This document shows, piece after piece, positions 7,273 to 16,242 of a DNA stretch of 61,044 nucleotides (the first letter of the stretch is position 1; every line of letters begins with the position of its first letter). This stretch comes from a virus (Duplodnaviria; Caudoviricetes): IMG/VR virus record IMGVR_UViG_3300025133_000003, positions 1 through 61,044 of that record, one strand, 5' to 3'. The notes beneath the pieces were generated by a model that saw nothing but the letters and a program-made list of their open reading frames with translations, did not search any database and was not told the origin of the DNA. The translations under genes and the position numbers were made by a program.

Positions 7273-8110
7273 AAGTCCTCCGTGGTGCGTCCCTGTTAGC
7301 TGCGGCAGCCCGGGACCGTGGCTGCCGCCCTGATCCCCATGGATGGGGATCGAAGTCTGAAGGGCTCCGCGCACCACACGCACAGCGCCGGCATGTATCA
7401 CCGACTGCCCTTCCGTCTGTCGTTGTCCACGGAACCAAAGCCCCGTGGTTTCACACTGCCGACCCAACGGGGCCGACACCGATTCATGACTTGCTTCGCT
7501 GTGCACGTGCTTTGACCGACGAACGTCGGCTGCCTTCGTGCGGACACTGCATCCCCGATCCGTTAGGAAACCGGGTCCGGTCGGCAGCCCTGAGGACTGC
7601 CAGTCACTGTCAGTGAACTACTGCGCGGCCCCGTGCGATTGGGGCGGCCTACAGCGGCGGATGTTTCAAACGCAACGGCCGAAGCCGTCATCCGCTTGCG
7701 CCCCCCGGATCGGCCGGAGGGTCGCGCGCTGAACAGGGGTCAACGGGACCGTCCATGGTCCCTGCCCTGCTCTCCTGTATCCACGATGACTCCCTCGGCA
7801 CTGTCTACCCCGTGTCACACCGTCGTGGCTCCGGCAGCCTCCGCTGCCCTTACTCATCGGCTAGCCGCTTGTGCGCGGTATGCCGGCCTTGTCGTGCTCT
7901 GCAAGGGGTCGGGGACTCGCTTGTCCCGTCCCCCGGTTCCGGTCTGCGTGCTGCTCTCCTCCGGGGCCGGTCCGCATCGCGGGGGCCGGCATCGCCCGGT
8001 AGGTCATGAGGGAACACGCGTCGCCGTAGCGTCGTGTGGGGTGCCCGTTGTCGGGGGGGTCATCATTCGGTTTTCAAGGAACGCTGCCGGTTCGTTGCCA
8101 CCGGCCCACT
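7273..8110 (-). ncRNA. Candidate long structured leader/ncRNA (includes partial element E12, palindrome 7332-7351)
   Basis: No credible ORF; many short stems, cUUCGg hairpin 7675-7688 on the minus strand. Confidence 0.35.
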
Positions 8111-8148
8111 CAATCTAGTCCCTACTCGTGTGAGGGACTTAGACGGAG

Positions 8149-8237
8149 CACCTAAGTGCCTGGAATTGCGGGGGTTTTTCAGTTGTTGACAGGGGCTCGA
8201 TCCCCATCGGTGGGTATCCACCTAAGTACCTGAAATC
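8149..8237. repeat. Direct repeats CACCTAAGTRCCTGRAAT flanking a degenerate palindrome (8199-8218)
   Basis: Copies begin at 8149 and 8219. Confidence 0.7.
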
Positions 8238-8523
8238 ATTGAGGAAATGCCAGGGGGGTACCTGGCGCTGTCCAGCCGGTTGCGCTGTCCGGCCTATCAA
8301 TGACAGGTCGCCGATAGACCGTGAACGCTGTACGTCGACCCGAATCTTTTTTGAGGAAGCCGCGTGTCAACCTCTCACCCACCCCCCCGGGGGGGTCCGA
8401 TGACCGGTCTTTTATATGGCCCTTCAGCCAGACGATCGGGACACACCCATCCCTTCGTCGCGCCCGTAGAGGTAGGGATCGACCCCAGGGGCTTGGCGCT
8501 CCCGTCAGGGCTCTGCTCTTCTA

Positions 8524-8635
8524 CGGACGCCTAAGAACAGAATTGAAAAGGTTCTTCAGCTCCACGTCCTCTCCCCACCGGTCCCACAGGCCTGTGGAGC
8601 TCCAAACCCCTGAAGATTCTGTTCTTAGGCGTCCG
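8524..8635. repeat. Perfect 20-bp inverted repeat with inner stems
   Basis: CGGACGCCTAAGAACAGAAT 8524-8543 and its reverse complement 8616-8635. Confidence 0.9.
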
Positions 8636-9043
8636 ACGACGCAGGCACCCCTGCCGGGATCGGCAGCTCCAGCTGGGGGGATGCGCAAACGAATCAGCGC
8701 CCCCACCCTCATCCCGGCGAAGAACCTCGAGGCCTCGTTGACCGATCTGCAGATGGCCCTCACCCTAGGGGAGGCGGACGGGCGGTGGGTGGATCCAGAT
8801 CCCCACTACCGATCGGTGGGTACCAAGGGGATCTCCACTCTGTCCGGGGCTGCAGTGGGAGAAGGGGTTGCTAGGGACCTTGCCCTAGGCAACCCCTTTA
8901 AATAGTACGCGTTGATCCTCGCCGAGATTGCTCCAGTGGTACTTCCGCGCCAATGCTGGCGTCAGGGCTGCTGGGAGCTCCGAGCCTGGAGCTTGCGGAG
9001 CAGCTGGAGATCTGGGTCCAGGTACTCCGGATCCAGGGGGGAG

Positions 9044-9865
9044 TTACAGGGACTCGAGCCGCCACAACGCCAGCACCTCGGCCAGGTCCCAGCCCATCGA
9101 CGTGATCAGCTGCAAGACCGTGACGGGGCGCATCCTCCCCCGCTCCATCGAGGCGTACGAGTCCGGGGCGATCCGCAGGGCATCCGAGACCTCCCGGCCC
9201 CCGGCCCCCGACAGCTCCCGGACCCCGCGCAGCTGGGCCCCGAAGTACTCCCAGTGGGGCTTGTCCTCCTCGGTGCGCTGCAGATGCTTGATGGGGGCCC
9301 TGGACGACGGGAGCTTCAGCGCAGGGGGCGGTGGGGCCGGGACGCCCGCCAGCAGCTCCCCATCACCCTCGAGGGGGAAGACCGGCCCCAGACCTCCCCG
9401 GGGATCCATCCACAGCCCGCGCCACATCGCCTCGGGGCGAGCCGCCGGATCCAGACGGGGACGGTCCAGCGGCCAGGCCGTCAGATCCTCGGTGCGCCAG
9501 CTCGTGGCCTCGTACGGGAGGGAGCGATCCCCCAGCACGTCCGGCATGGGGCCCCCCGGCTCGTCGTGCTCAGCCCAGCGGATGAGCTCCGCGGTCTTGA
9601 TCATCTCCACCCACGCGCCCGACAGACGGACCTCCATCCGCTCGATGAGCTCCCGCAGGGGCAGCGCGGGCATCCGGGAACTGAGGGGCTCGGGGTAGCT
9701 CATGCGACGCAGGCAGTGCCGGCAGTACGACAGGTTCTGGGCCATCCCCGCCGGCGCCCAGAAGATCCGGCACCGGCCGCACCGGTACAGCTCCCCCAGC
9801 TCCGAGCCAAACCACACGCCGATCTTGCGGCCCGTGGTGGGGTCGTAGCCCCATCCGCGGCTCAC
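9044..9865 (-). CDS. Zn-finger plus C-terminal XRE-type HTH protein
   Basis: CGRC/CRHC; FGAQLRGVRE...VSDALRI...YASMERG. Confidence 0.7.
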   Translation of the reverse strand: MSRGWGYDPTTGRKIGVWFGSELGELYRCGRCRIFWAPAGMAQNLSYCRHCLRRMSYPEPLSSRMPALPLRELIERMEVRLSGAWVEMIKTAELIRWAEHDEPGGPMPDVLGDRSLPYEATSWRTEDLTAWPLDRPRLDPAARPEAMWRGLWMDPRGGLGPVFPLEGDGELLAGVPAPPPPALKLPSSRAPIKHLQRTEEDKPHWEYFGAQLRGVRELSGAGGREVSDALRIAPDSYASMERGRMRPVTVLQLITSMGWDLAEVLALWRLESL

Positions 9866-10170
9866 GCCAGCAGGGCCCGCAAGGCCTCCCGACCCTGGGC
9901 CGTGATCGCGTACTCCTTGATCGCGCGGCCCGCGCCGGACTTGCCCCGCTCCGCTAGCTCATCCGCCTCCGTGATGAGGCGATCGATCAGCCAGCCCTCC
10001 TTGGCCAGCTTGACCACGGTCACGCCCAGACGGTTGGCCCACGCGGCGCGGTCGTCCTGGGGAACCCCCTCCAGCAGCTCGTGCCGAGTCTGAGGACCGC
10101 CCAAGACCAGGCGGGCCAGCAGGCGGTGGGAGGTCGATCCGTACTTCAGGTTCTTCAAAGTGAGCTCCAC
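9862..10170 (-). CDS. Winged-helix DNA-binding protein
   Basis: KEYAITAQGREAL wing motif (PadR/MarR-like). Confidence 0.65.
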   Translation of the reverse strand: MELTLKNLKYGSTSHRLLARLVLGGPQTRHELLEGVPQDDRAAWANRLGVTVVKLAKEGWLIDRLITEADELAERGKSGAGRAIKEYAITAQGREALRALLA

Positions 10171-10332
10171 TCCGCGACTTGGTGATTCGCTGAGTGTATA
10201 CCAAGTCCTGATAGGGCATTGTTAGGGACCAGAACGCGGAACCCCCGGCCGACAATTAAGCCGACCGAGGGCCACCACGAGGGGACACACCACATGAACC
10301 CCTCGTCGGCAGAATAACGAATCGGAGTGGTT

Positions 10333-11817
10333 ATGTTCAGGATCGAGTTGGGGAATGACGACATTCGGGCTCTCAAGAAGCACGGATCCGTCAAAGGGAA
10401 GGCGCTCGCATCCATGGCCAAAGGCTTCGGGGGAACCCTCGAGCTGACCTGGAGTCCAGAGACTGCCGAGATCTACGGGGCCCCGGAGCTGCCCCCCGCC
10501 AAAGTCGAGGCCGAGGCCCGCGTCGCTCCTGAGCCGGAGCCGGTCGGCGCCGCCCCACTGCCCCCGGGAGCCAACACCGGACTCAAGGGGAGCGTGATGG
10601 ACTGGATCGCTCAGATGGAGCCGGGGACCCAGTTTGGTACCCCGGAGCTGCGCAAGCAGTTCGGGATCACCACCAAGGCCGCCAACAACGTCATGCGGAC
10701 CCTGGCCAAGGACGTGGTCAAGCGGATCGGCAAGTCCGGTCCCGGCCAGAGGGCGAAGTGGCTCAAGGAGGCTCCCGCCGCCGCCGCCGCAGCTCCGGCT
10801 CCCGCCGCGGTCCCCGCGCCTGCGCCGGAACCTGCAGCTCCTCCCAAGCCCAAGAAGCCGGCCCCCACGCGACTGGCGGTGCTGCGCGCCCTCAAGAAGC
10901 ACGAGCCGGCCACGCTCGCGGCCTTCCATGCGGAGATGGGCTGCACTGTCGGGGAGGCCCGGGGCTACGTCGCCAGCCTCTCCAAGGCGGGGCTCATCGC
11001 TCAGGGCAAGTCCGACCAGCTGTGGCGCATGACCAAGTGGGGGCGTCAGTACCTCAGGCAGCCCACCCTGGTGATCCCCGAGGGTGAGTTCGCCCGTCAC
11101 CAGGATCGGCTCGAAGCGACGGTGGAGGCCTACGGCCGATCGGTGTTCAAGAGCCAGTACACCGAGGCCACCAAGATCAGCGCCAAGCGGTTCTCCGACG
11201 TGGTCGATCTGAGCGACCGGCTCCGCTGGGTCAACCGCGAGGCGGGGCTCATCGAGCCTGTCGCCAAGGCTGAGACCGCGGCGATTCAGAAGCTGTCCCG
11301 GGAGCGCGTGATCCGACTGCTGCTCAAGGGACCCGTCTCGGCCGACCAGCTGGTGGCTCAGATCCCCGGCTCCACCCGCAAGCGCGTCCTGGCCACCCTG
11401 AACGCGGCCAAGACCGCGGAGCTGACCGAGGAGGCGGGAGCCGACAAGTGGAAGGTGACCAAGACCGGCGGGGTGTTGTACGCCCACGACCGCAGCGAAC
11501 TCAAGCTCGCCCCGGGAGCCAACGGGCGCAAGCGCCTGGAGGCCACCGCCGCCGGCATGGACCGCCCCATCAGCCGGGAGGAGTTCCTCAACGAATGCCA
11601 CGCGCGCGGCCTGAAGATGAGCCCCTCGCGGTTCAGCCGGATCGTCGGGGAGAGCCCCCAGCTGAAGTGGTTCCACCAGCCGTCGGGCCAGGTCGAGTCG
11701 GTCAAGAGCAACGGGAGCAGCCGAGCCCCCCGCTCCACCCCCACGCCCTCGCTGAACTCCATCGCCAGCAAGATCGGAGATGAGGCCCTGTCCAAGGTGC
11801 TGCAGGCCGGTGGCTGA
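10333..11817 (+). CDS. Multi-winged-helix DNA-binding protein
   Basis: GGAG SD; repeated wHTH ends (LWRMTKWGRQY, KWKVTKTGG); Pro/Ala linkers. Confidence 0.7.
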   Translation: MFRIELGNDDIRALKKHGSVKGKALASMAKGFGGTLELTWSPETAEIYGAPELPPAKVEAEARVAPEPEPVGAAPLPPGANTGLKGSVMDWIAQMEPGTQFGTPELRKQFGITTKAANNVMRTLAKDVVKRIGKSGPGQRAKWLKEAPAAAAAAPAPAAVPAPAPEPAAPPKPKKPAPTRLAVLRALKKHEPATLAAFHAEMGCTVGEARGYVASLSKAGLIAQGKSDQLWRMTKWGRQYLRQPTLVIPEGEFARHQDRLEATVEAYGRSVFKSQYTEATKISAKRFSDVVDLSDRLRWVNREAGLIEPVAKAETAAIQKLSRERVIRLLLKGPVSADQLVAQIPGSTRKRVLATLNAAKTAELTEEAGADKWKVTKTGGVLYAHDRSELKLAPGANGRKRLEATAAGMDRPISREEFLNECHARGLKMSPSRFSRIVGESPQLKWFHQPSGQVESVKSNGSSRAPRSTPTPSLNSIASKIGDEALSKVLQAGG

Positions 11818-11901
11818 GTACGTTCTGACCGAGACCGACGAGGTACCCGAGGTGGTGCCGTTCATCCACTACGTGAACATGACCGCTGGAGCCCCTCCCC
11901 A

Positions 11902-12360
11902 ATGACTGACCTCTCTCTCCGCTGGTTCCGCGAAGGGCCCGCTTGGATTCTCCGGTGGGGCCCCGGGCGCGACTACATGGCGTACGCTGCCGACCCGGCC
12001 CTCATCACCTCGTACGGCGCATCGTTGCGGATCATCCCCGGGATCAGCGATGAGCACGATCCCCTCCTCGCACTTGCGATGGTGGTCGATCGCCCCACGG
12101 ATCCGACCCCTGACGACATAACGCCCGTTATCGGACCTCCCCGCACCATGGAACGCGCTGTGGTGTCGGGGGCCTTTGGGAAGCTGCTGGGCGTCCTCTT
12201 CGGGTACATGCGCGAGGGCGAGGGCTTCCCCGAAGCTGTCGCCCGCCTCCGCGCCGCCCTGGACGAGGCGCAGCATCCCGCCCTGAACGAGGAACAAGCC
12301 GACCGCCTCAGGGAGCAGCTCGCGACCCTTGGGTTTGAGTCGGCGGTGGAAGATGACTGA
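11902..12360 (+). CDS. Hypothetical protein
   Basis: GGAG SD, operon position. Confidence 0.65.
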   Translation: MTDLSLRWFREGPAWILRWGPGRDYMAYAADPALITSYGASLRIIPGISDEHDPLLALAMVVDRPTDPTPDDITPVIGPPRTMERAVVSGAFGKLLGVLFGYMREGEGFPEAVARLRAALDEAQHPALNEEQADRLREQLATLGFESAVEDD

Positions 12361-13048
12361 GATGGAACAGGACGAGCTGATCGAGTACCTGACGAAGCTG
12401 TGCAAGGACACGGGCGTGACGGTGATCACGGTCGAGCGCCTGAACGCGCTGTCCGCAGCCGTCAACGAGGGGGATCAGGAGGCGCTGGAGCTCCTCCTGG
12501 CGACGCGGGACGAGGACATCGACCTGTCCGACGCGCCCGACCGTGGGGCAGCGCTCCAGGCTGCGCGAGCCCTCCAGAGGTACAACGCCGCCCAGGTCGA
12601 GCAGATCAGCGCCCTGCTGGAGGGCTCGGGGGGATACGAGATCCCCGCCAAGGGCACCCTCGCCTACCTGCTGGACATGTCCTCGCAGTGCGCCCAGACC
12701 CTGGCCCGCGCTGAAGCCGATCAGGCCCAGGCCGACCTGCTGGACATGTCCTCGCAGTGCGCCCAGGCGCTGCTGAAGCTCGACACCGCGATCAGCTACC
12801 GCGAGGCCCTGGAGGTCAGCCACAACCTGATCCTCAAGGACCACGCCGCCCAGTGCCAGCAGCTGGAGGACCTGCGCGCCGATCTGGCCGCTGAGCGCGC
12901 CAACGTCGCCAACATCAACAAGGCGAATCAGGCGCTAGCTCAGCGGCTGTTGGACATGACCGGCCGAGCCACGAGCGCGGAGCAGGCTGTGCAGGATGCG
13001 GCCGAGGAGGTGCAGCGCACGGCTGCGATCAAGGGGCGGGAGTCCTAG
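12353..13048 (+). CDS. Coiled-coil protein with internal duplication
   Basis: LLDMSSQCAQ repeated (12666-12697, 12735-12766). Confidence 0.7.
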   Translation: MTEMEQDELIEYLTKLCKDTGVTVITVERLNALSAAVNEGDQEALELLLATRDEDIDLSDAPDRGAALQAARALQRYNAAQVEQISALLEGSGGYEIPAKGTLAYLLDMSSQCAQTLARAEADQAQADLLDMSSQCAQALLKLDTAISYREALEVSHNLILKDHAAQCQQLEDLRADLAAERANVANINKANQALAQRLLDMTGRATSAEQAVQDAAEEVQRTAAIKGRES

Positions 13049-13077
13049 TCGTCCAGCTGGCGCGCGGCCCAGCGCGA

Positions 13078-15015
13078 CTAGAGCTTGCGCAGGGCCCGGT
13101 TCAGCATCCAGCCCGTCGACCCACGCCCCTGGTTCTGGTTCCGCGCCTCCATGCGCTCCCAGTCCTCCTCGGTGTACGTGCTGCTGTCGAACAGCTCCTT
13201 GATGTCCTTGCGGCGCTGCACAGCTGGACGGCCCCCGGGGGAGTAGTGGCTCACGGCCCCCGCGATCAACGCCGAGATCACCGCGTCGTCGTGCCGCCCC
13301 ACCGGGGCTGCCATCGCCGCGTCGTTGCTCTCGTGGCCGTCGGGGCTGAACAGCAGCTTCTTGCGGTAGATCCACATCTCCTCGAGCACGACCCGGGACC
13401 GGAGCACGACGAAGCGATCCGCTAGGGCCCGCTGCATCAGACCCACCATCGCGGGCTTGGTCTTCTTGGAGGTGTCCCAGCCGAGCATGACGGTGGGGCC
13501 CCCCACCGCGTCCATGACGGTGCGGCGGTACAGCATCGGGTACCGGGTCCGCTCCAGCATGGCGATCAGCCCCGCCCCGATCCCGGTGACCTCCGGGGCC
13601 AGCACGGCCTGGTTGTAGTAGATGGCCAGGAGCAGGCAGATGTCGCACAGCTCGTGGAGCTCGATCTTCCCCCGCCACTCCGCGACCTGGGTCCGGTCCC
13701 GGATCCGCATCACCGTCAGGTGGTCCCAGTCCCCGCCGATGGTGCCCTTGGATACGTCCGCAGCCACCACGTAACGCTCTCCGGGGACGGGGGCCTCCCA
13801 CTGACTCATGCGGCCGTGTCCGGCCGGCGCAGGGGCCAGCAGGGGCTTGTAGAAGTTCCACGTCCGCTCGCCCCTTACCGAGCCGGTCATGTCGCTGAGC
13901 TCGAACCACTGGTGGTCGGGGCAGTCGTTGGCCTCGTCGACCCGATCGGTGACCGTGCGGCACATGTCGCAGTGGCATCCGTGCAGCTTGATCTGGACCT
14001 CGAGATCCTCCCGGTCGAACACCGGGGACCCCGTGGCGGCGAAGGCCTCCTCGTCGGAGCTGGGGTACTCCTGGTGGAACTGGTCGACCGAGCCGCCGCA
14101 CTTGGTCGCGATGGTCTGCCGGCGCCACTGGAGATGCTCCAGGGTGATGTAGCCGTCGAACTCCCGGAGCAGCTCCTGCTCATCGACGTCCAGACTCTTG
14201 GTGAACTCCTCGCGTCCGGTCCGCAGGGCCGACCGGTACGAGTCCATCAGGAACCACGGCGAGAAGAACGCGATCCAGCCGCTGTCGGGGTTCCCGGGAT
14301 GGGTGCGCTTGAGCTTCTGCCACGGCGGCGGCTCGTCCCACCAGCAGCGCGCGGCCAGGTACATCTCGTGGTGGAAGTCGCCCGAGCCGTTGCACGTGCT
14401 CTCGACGTAGACCATGGTCCCGGGCTCGTCCGGCACCGTCTGCAGGGTGGCGAGGAAGTACTTCTCTGGGGCCTTGAAGAAGGCCACTTCGGAAACGTGC
14501 AGCTGGCGGGAGGTTCGCCCTCGAGCGTCCTCCACCGACCTGGCTGTCATGACCTCGAAGCTGGAGCGAAGGCCTCCGGGTCCACGTGGGGCTCGGAGGT
14601 CCAGCTCCGTCCGGTTGTTGTACTTCTGCTGGGGCCGGAGCTCCTCCGGCATGTAGTCGTAGAACGTCTTGCACTTGGTGAAGATCGCGCGGGAGGCCGC
14701 GTCCGCATGGGCCGCGACCAGGGCCGACTCGTCGTAGTTGGTGACGGTCTTCCAGAACTGCCGGCCCTGAATGTGGGTGGAGCAGCCCAGCTGGCGGGCC
14801 TTGGCCTCCCAGATTCGGATGGGCAGCCCCGCCGCCTCGATCTCGCAGAAGAGCTGCTCCCGGAGCTGCTGGCTCCGGTTCAGGACGAACGGCACCATCT
14901 CGCCGCTCTTGGTCTGGATCTTCAGGTGGTTCGCAGCGAAGTCGACGAAGTTGTCGTGTGCGCCGGAGGTCAGCTCCCCCTCGGCAAACCCAGGATCGGG
15001 AGCGTCAGAGCGCAC
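13078..15015 (-). CDS. terL: Terminase large subunit
   Basis: KARQLGCST, LHVSEVAF, ESTCNG ATPase motifs; ADVSKG and HDDAVIS nuclease motifs. Confidence 0.95.
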   Translation of the reverse strand: MRSDAPDPGFAEGELTSGAHDNFVDFAANHLKIQTKSGEMVPFVLNRSQQLREQLFCEIEAAGLPIRIWEAKARQLGCSTHIQGRQFWKTVTNYDESALVAAHADAASRAIFTKCKTFYDYMPEELRPQQKYNNRTELDLRAPRGPGGLRSSFEVMTARSVEDARGRTSRQLHVSEVAFFKAPEKYFLATLQTVPDEPGTMVYVESTCNGSGDFHHEMYLAARCWWDEPPPWQKLKRTHPGNPDSGWIAFFSPWFLMDSYRSALRTGREEFTKSLDVDEQELLREFDGYITLEHLQWRRQTIATKCGGSVDQFHQEYPSSDEEAFAATGSPVFDREDLEVQIKLHGCHCDMCRTVTDRVDEANDCPDHQWFELSDMTGSVRGERTWNFYKPLLAPAPAGHGRMSQWEAPVPGERYVVAADVSKGTIGGDWDHLTVMRIRDRTQVAEWRGKIELHELCDICLLLAIYYNQAVLAPEVTGIGAGLIAMLERTRYPMLYRRTVMDAVGGPTVMLGWDTSKKTKPAMVGLMQRALADRFVVLRSRVVLEEMWIYRKKLLFSPDGHESNDAAMAAPVGRHDDAVISALIAGAVSHYSPGGRPAVQRRKDIKELFDSSTYTEEDWERMEARNQNQGRGSTGWMLNRALRKL

Positions 15016-15673
15016 GAGCGGCCCTCTCGATCCTCTCGCAGGCCCGCTTCCAGACGCGGATCTGACCCGGCAGTGCGGGGAGCCGGCGGCGCTGCCACCG
15101 GTACCCGGGGCAGTCCAGGCTGATGGTGCCCTCCTCCCGGAGCACCAGCCTGAACAGGCCGGCGATCCGGTCGAGGTTGTAGAACCGGCTGTGCTTGACC
15201 CGCCCCGCGTAGACGAGGTTGGGCCAGATCACGATCGCGTCGATGAACTGGGGATGCCGGTCGGCCAGGGAGTTGACGATCCCCCGGGTCTCCTCCGTGG
15301 CCCGCAGGCCCAGCACCCGATCCAGGGCATGCCCCGCCGGCCAGTACCCGGCGGCGTTGGCCATCTTCATCGCCGGCACCGCCTCCTCGTGGCGGAAGAG
15401 CCGAGCCCACGGGGGCGCGGGAGGCCCCCAGGTCCAGACCTCATCGGCGTTGAGCCAGTTGTCGAGCTTGTCGCGGTACCAGCGGTACTGGTTGCGTTCC
15501 CAGTCGTAGCGCTCGCTCTCGGAGGCGAACGTGACCGGCTTGGGGTTGGTCCGCTTCTCGGAGGCCGACAGCTCCGACTTGTTGTAGGTCCCTCGAGCTC
15601 GGGGGGTGGTGACCGGCGGGAGGTCCGGCAGCTGGTCCGCGAAGGCCTCCCAGCTAGGACTGGGCGAAGGCAT
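15005..15673 (-). CDS. Hypothetical protein upstream of terL
   Basis: Overlaps both neighbours in the operon. Confidence 0.65.
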   Translation of the reverse strand: MPSPSPSWEAFADQLPDLPPVTTPRARGTYNKSELSASEKRTNPKPVTFASESERYDWERNQYRWYRDKLDNWLNADEVWTWGPPAPPWARLFRHEEAVPAMKMANAAGYWPAGHALDRVLGLRATEETRGIVNSLADRHPQFIDAIVIWPNLVYAGRVKHSRFYNLDRIAGLFRLVLREEGTISLDCPGYRWQRRRLPALPGQIRVWKRACERIERAARAL

Positions 15674-16235
15674 AGACCCCACGGCTGACGCGGGCGATGC
15701 GCTCGTCGACCTGCATCACCTTGCGGACGGAGTTGATCGGGATCTTGGTGCGCTCAGCCACCTGGCCCGCGCGCATGGCCCCGTTCGTTCTCAGCAGCGA
15801 GGCGATCTTGTCGGCGTTGGTCTTGGGCTTCCGATCCCCACTGGTGGGGATCTTCTGGGGATCCTTGGCCCGCTTCACCATGTCGGACTTCACCCCGGGC
15901 TTGAGCTGGGCGTCGCGGTCCGTGGGGATGATGGCGGTGCCCTCGCCCGCGTAGCGGTCCAGAGCCTTCTCCATCGACTTGCGCTCGTACTCGTCGGCGT
16001 AGTGCTTGCCGCGGAGCTCCGGCGGCGACTCCTTGGGCCAGGTGCCCCCGGTCCGCTTCATCACGGGCAGCTCGCCCTTGGGGAAGGCGCGCACGGCACC
16101 GTGACGGCCGCAGATGGAGCAGAGGATCGCGCGGAACCCCTCACCCTTGAGCAGGCCGTAGTGGTTGACGCGGAGGAAGAGGGAGAACTGCTCGCCGCAG
16201 AGTTCGCTGGCGCAGTTGAAGCTGTAGAAGGGCAT
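15654..16235 (-). CDS. FmdB-like zinc-ribbon plus C-terminal HTH protein
   Basis: MPFYSFNC...C...CSICG; follows portal as in many podoviruses. Confidence 0.75.
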   Translation of the reverse strand: MPFYSFNCASELCGEQFSLFLRVNHYGLLKGEGFRAILCSICGRHGAVRAFPKGELPVMKRTGGTWPKESPPELRGKHYADEYERKSMEKALDRYAGEGTAIIPTDRDAQLKPGVKSDMVKRAKDPQKIPTSGDRKPKTNADKIASLLRTNGAMRAGQVAERTKIPINSVRKVMQVDERIARVSRGVYAFAQS

Positions 16236-16242
16236 CGTGTTC

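Noticed and set aside
1-7360. Classical integron with attC sites
   Set aside because: No RYYYAAC/GTTRRRY boxes or single long imperfect hairpin, and the recombinase is not adjacent. Kept only as an analogy.
7538-8905. ORFs in the large intergenic region
   Set aside because: Atypical composition and codon use, no SD; treated as non-coding.
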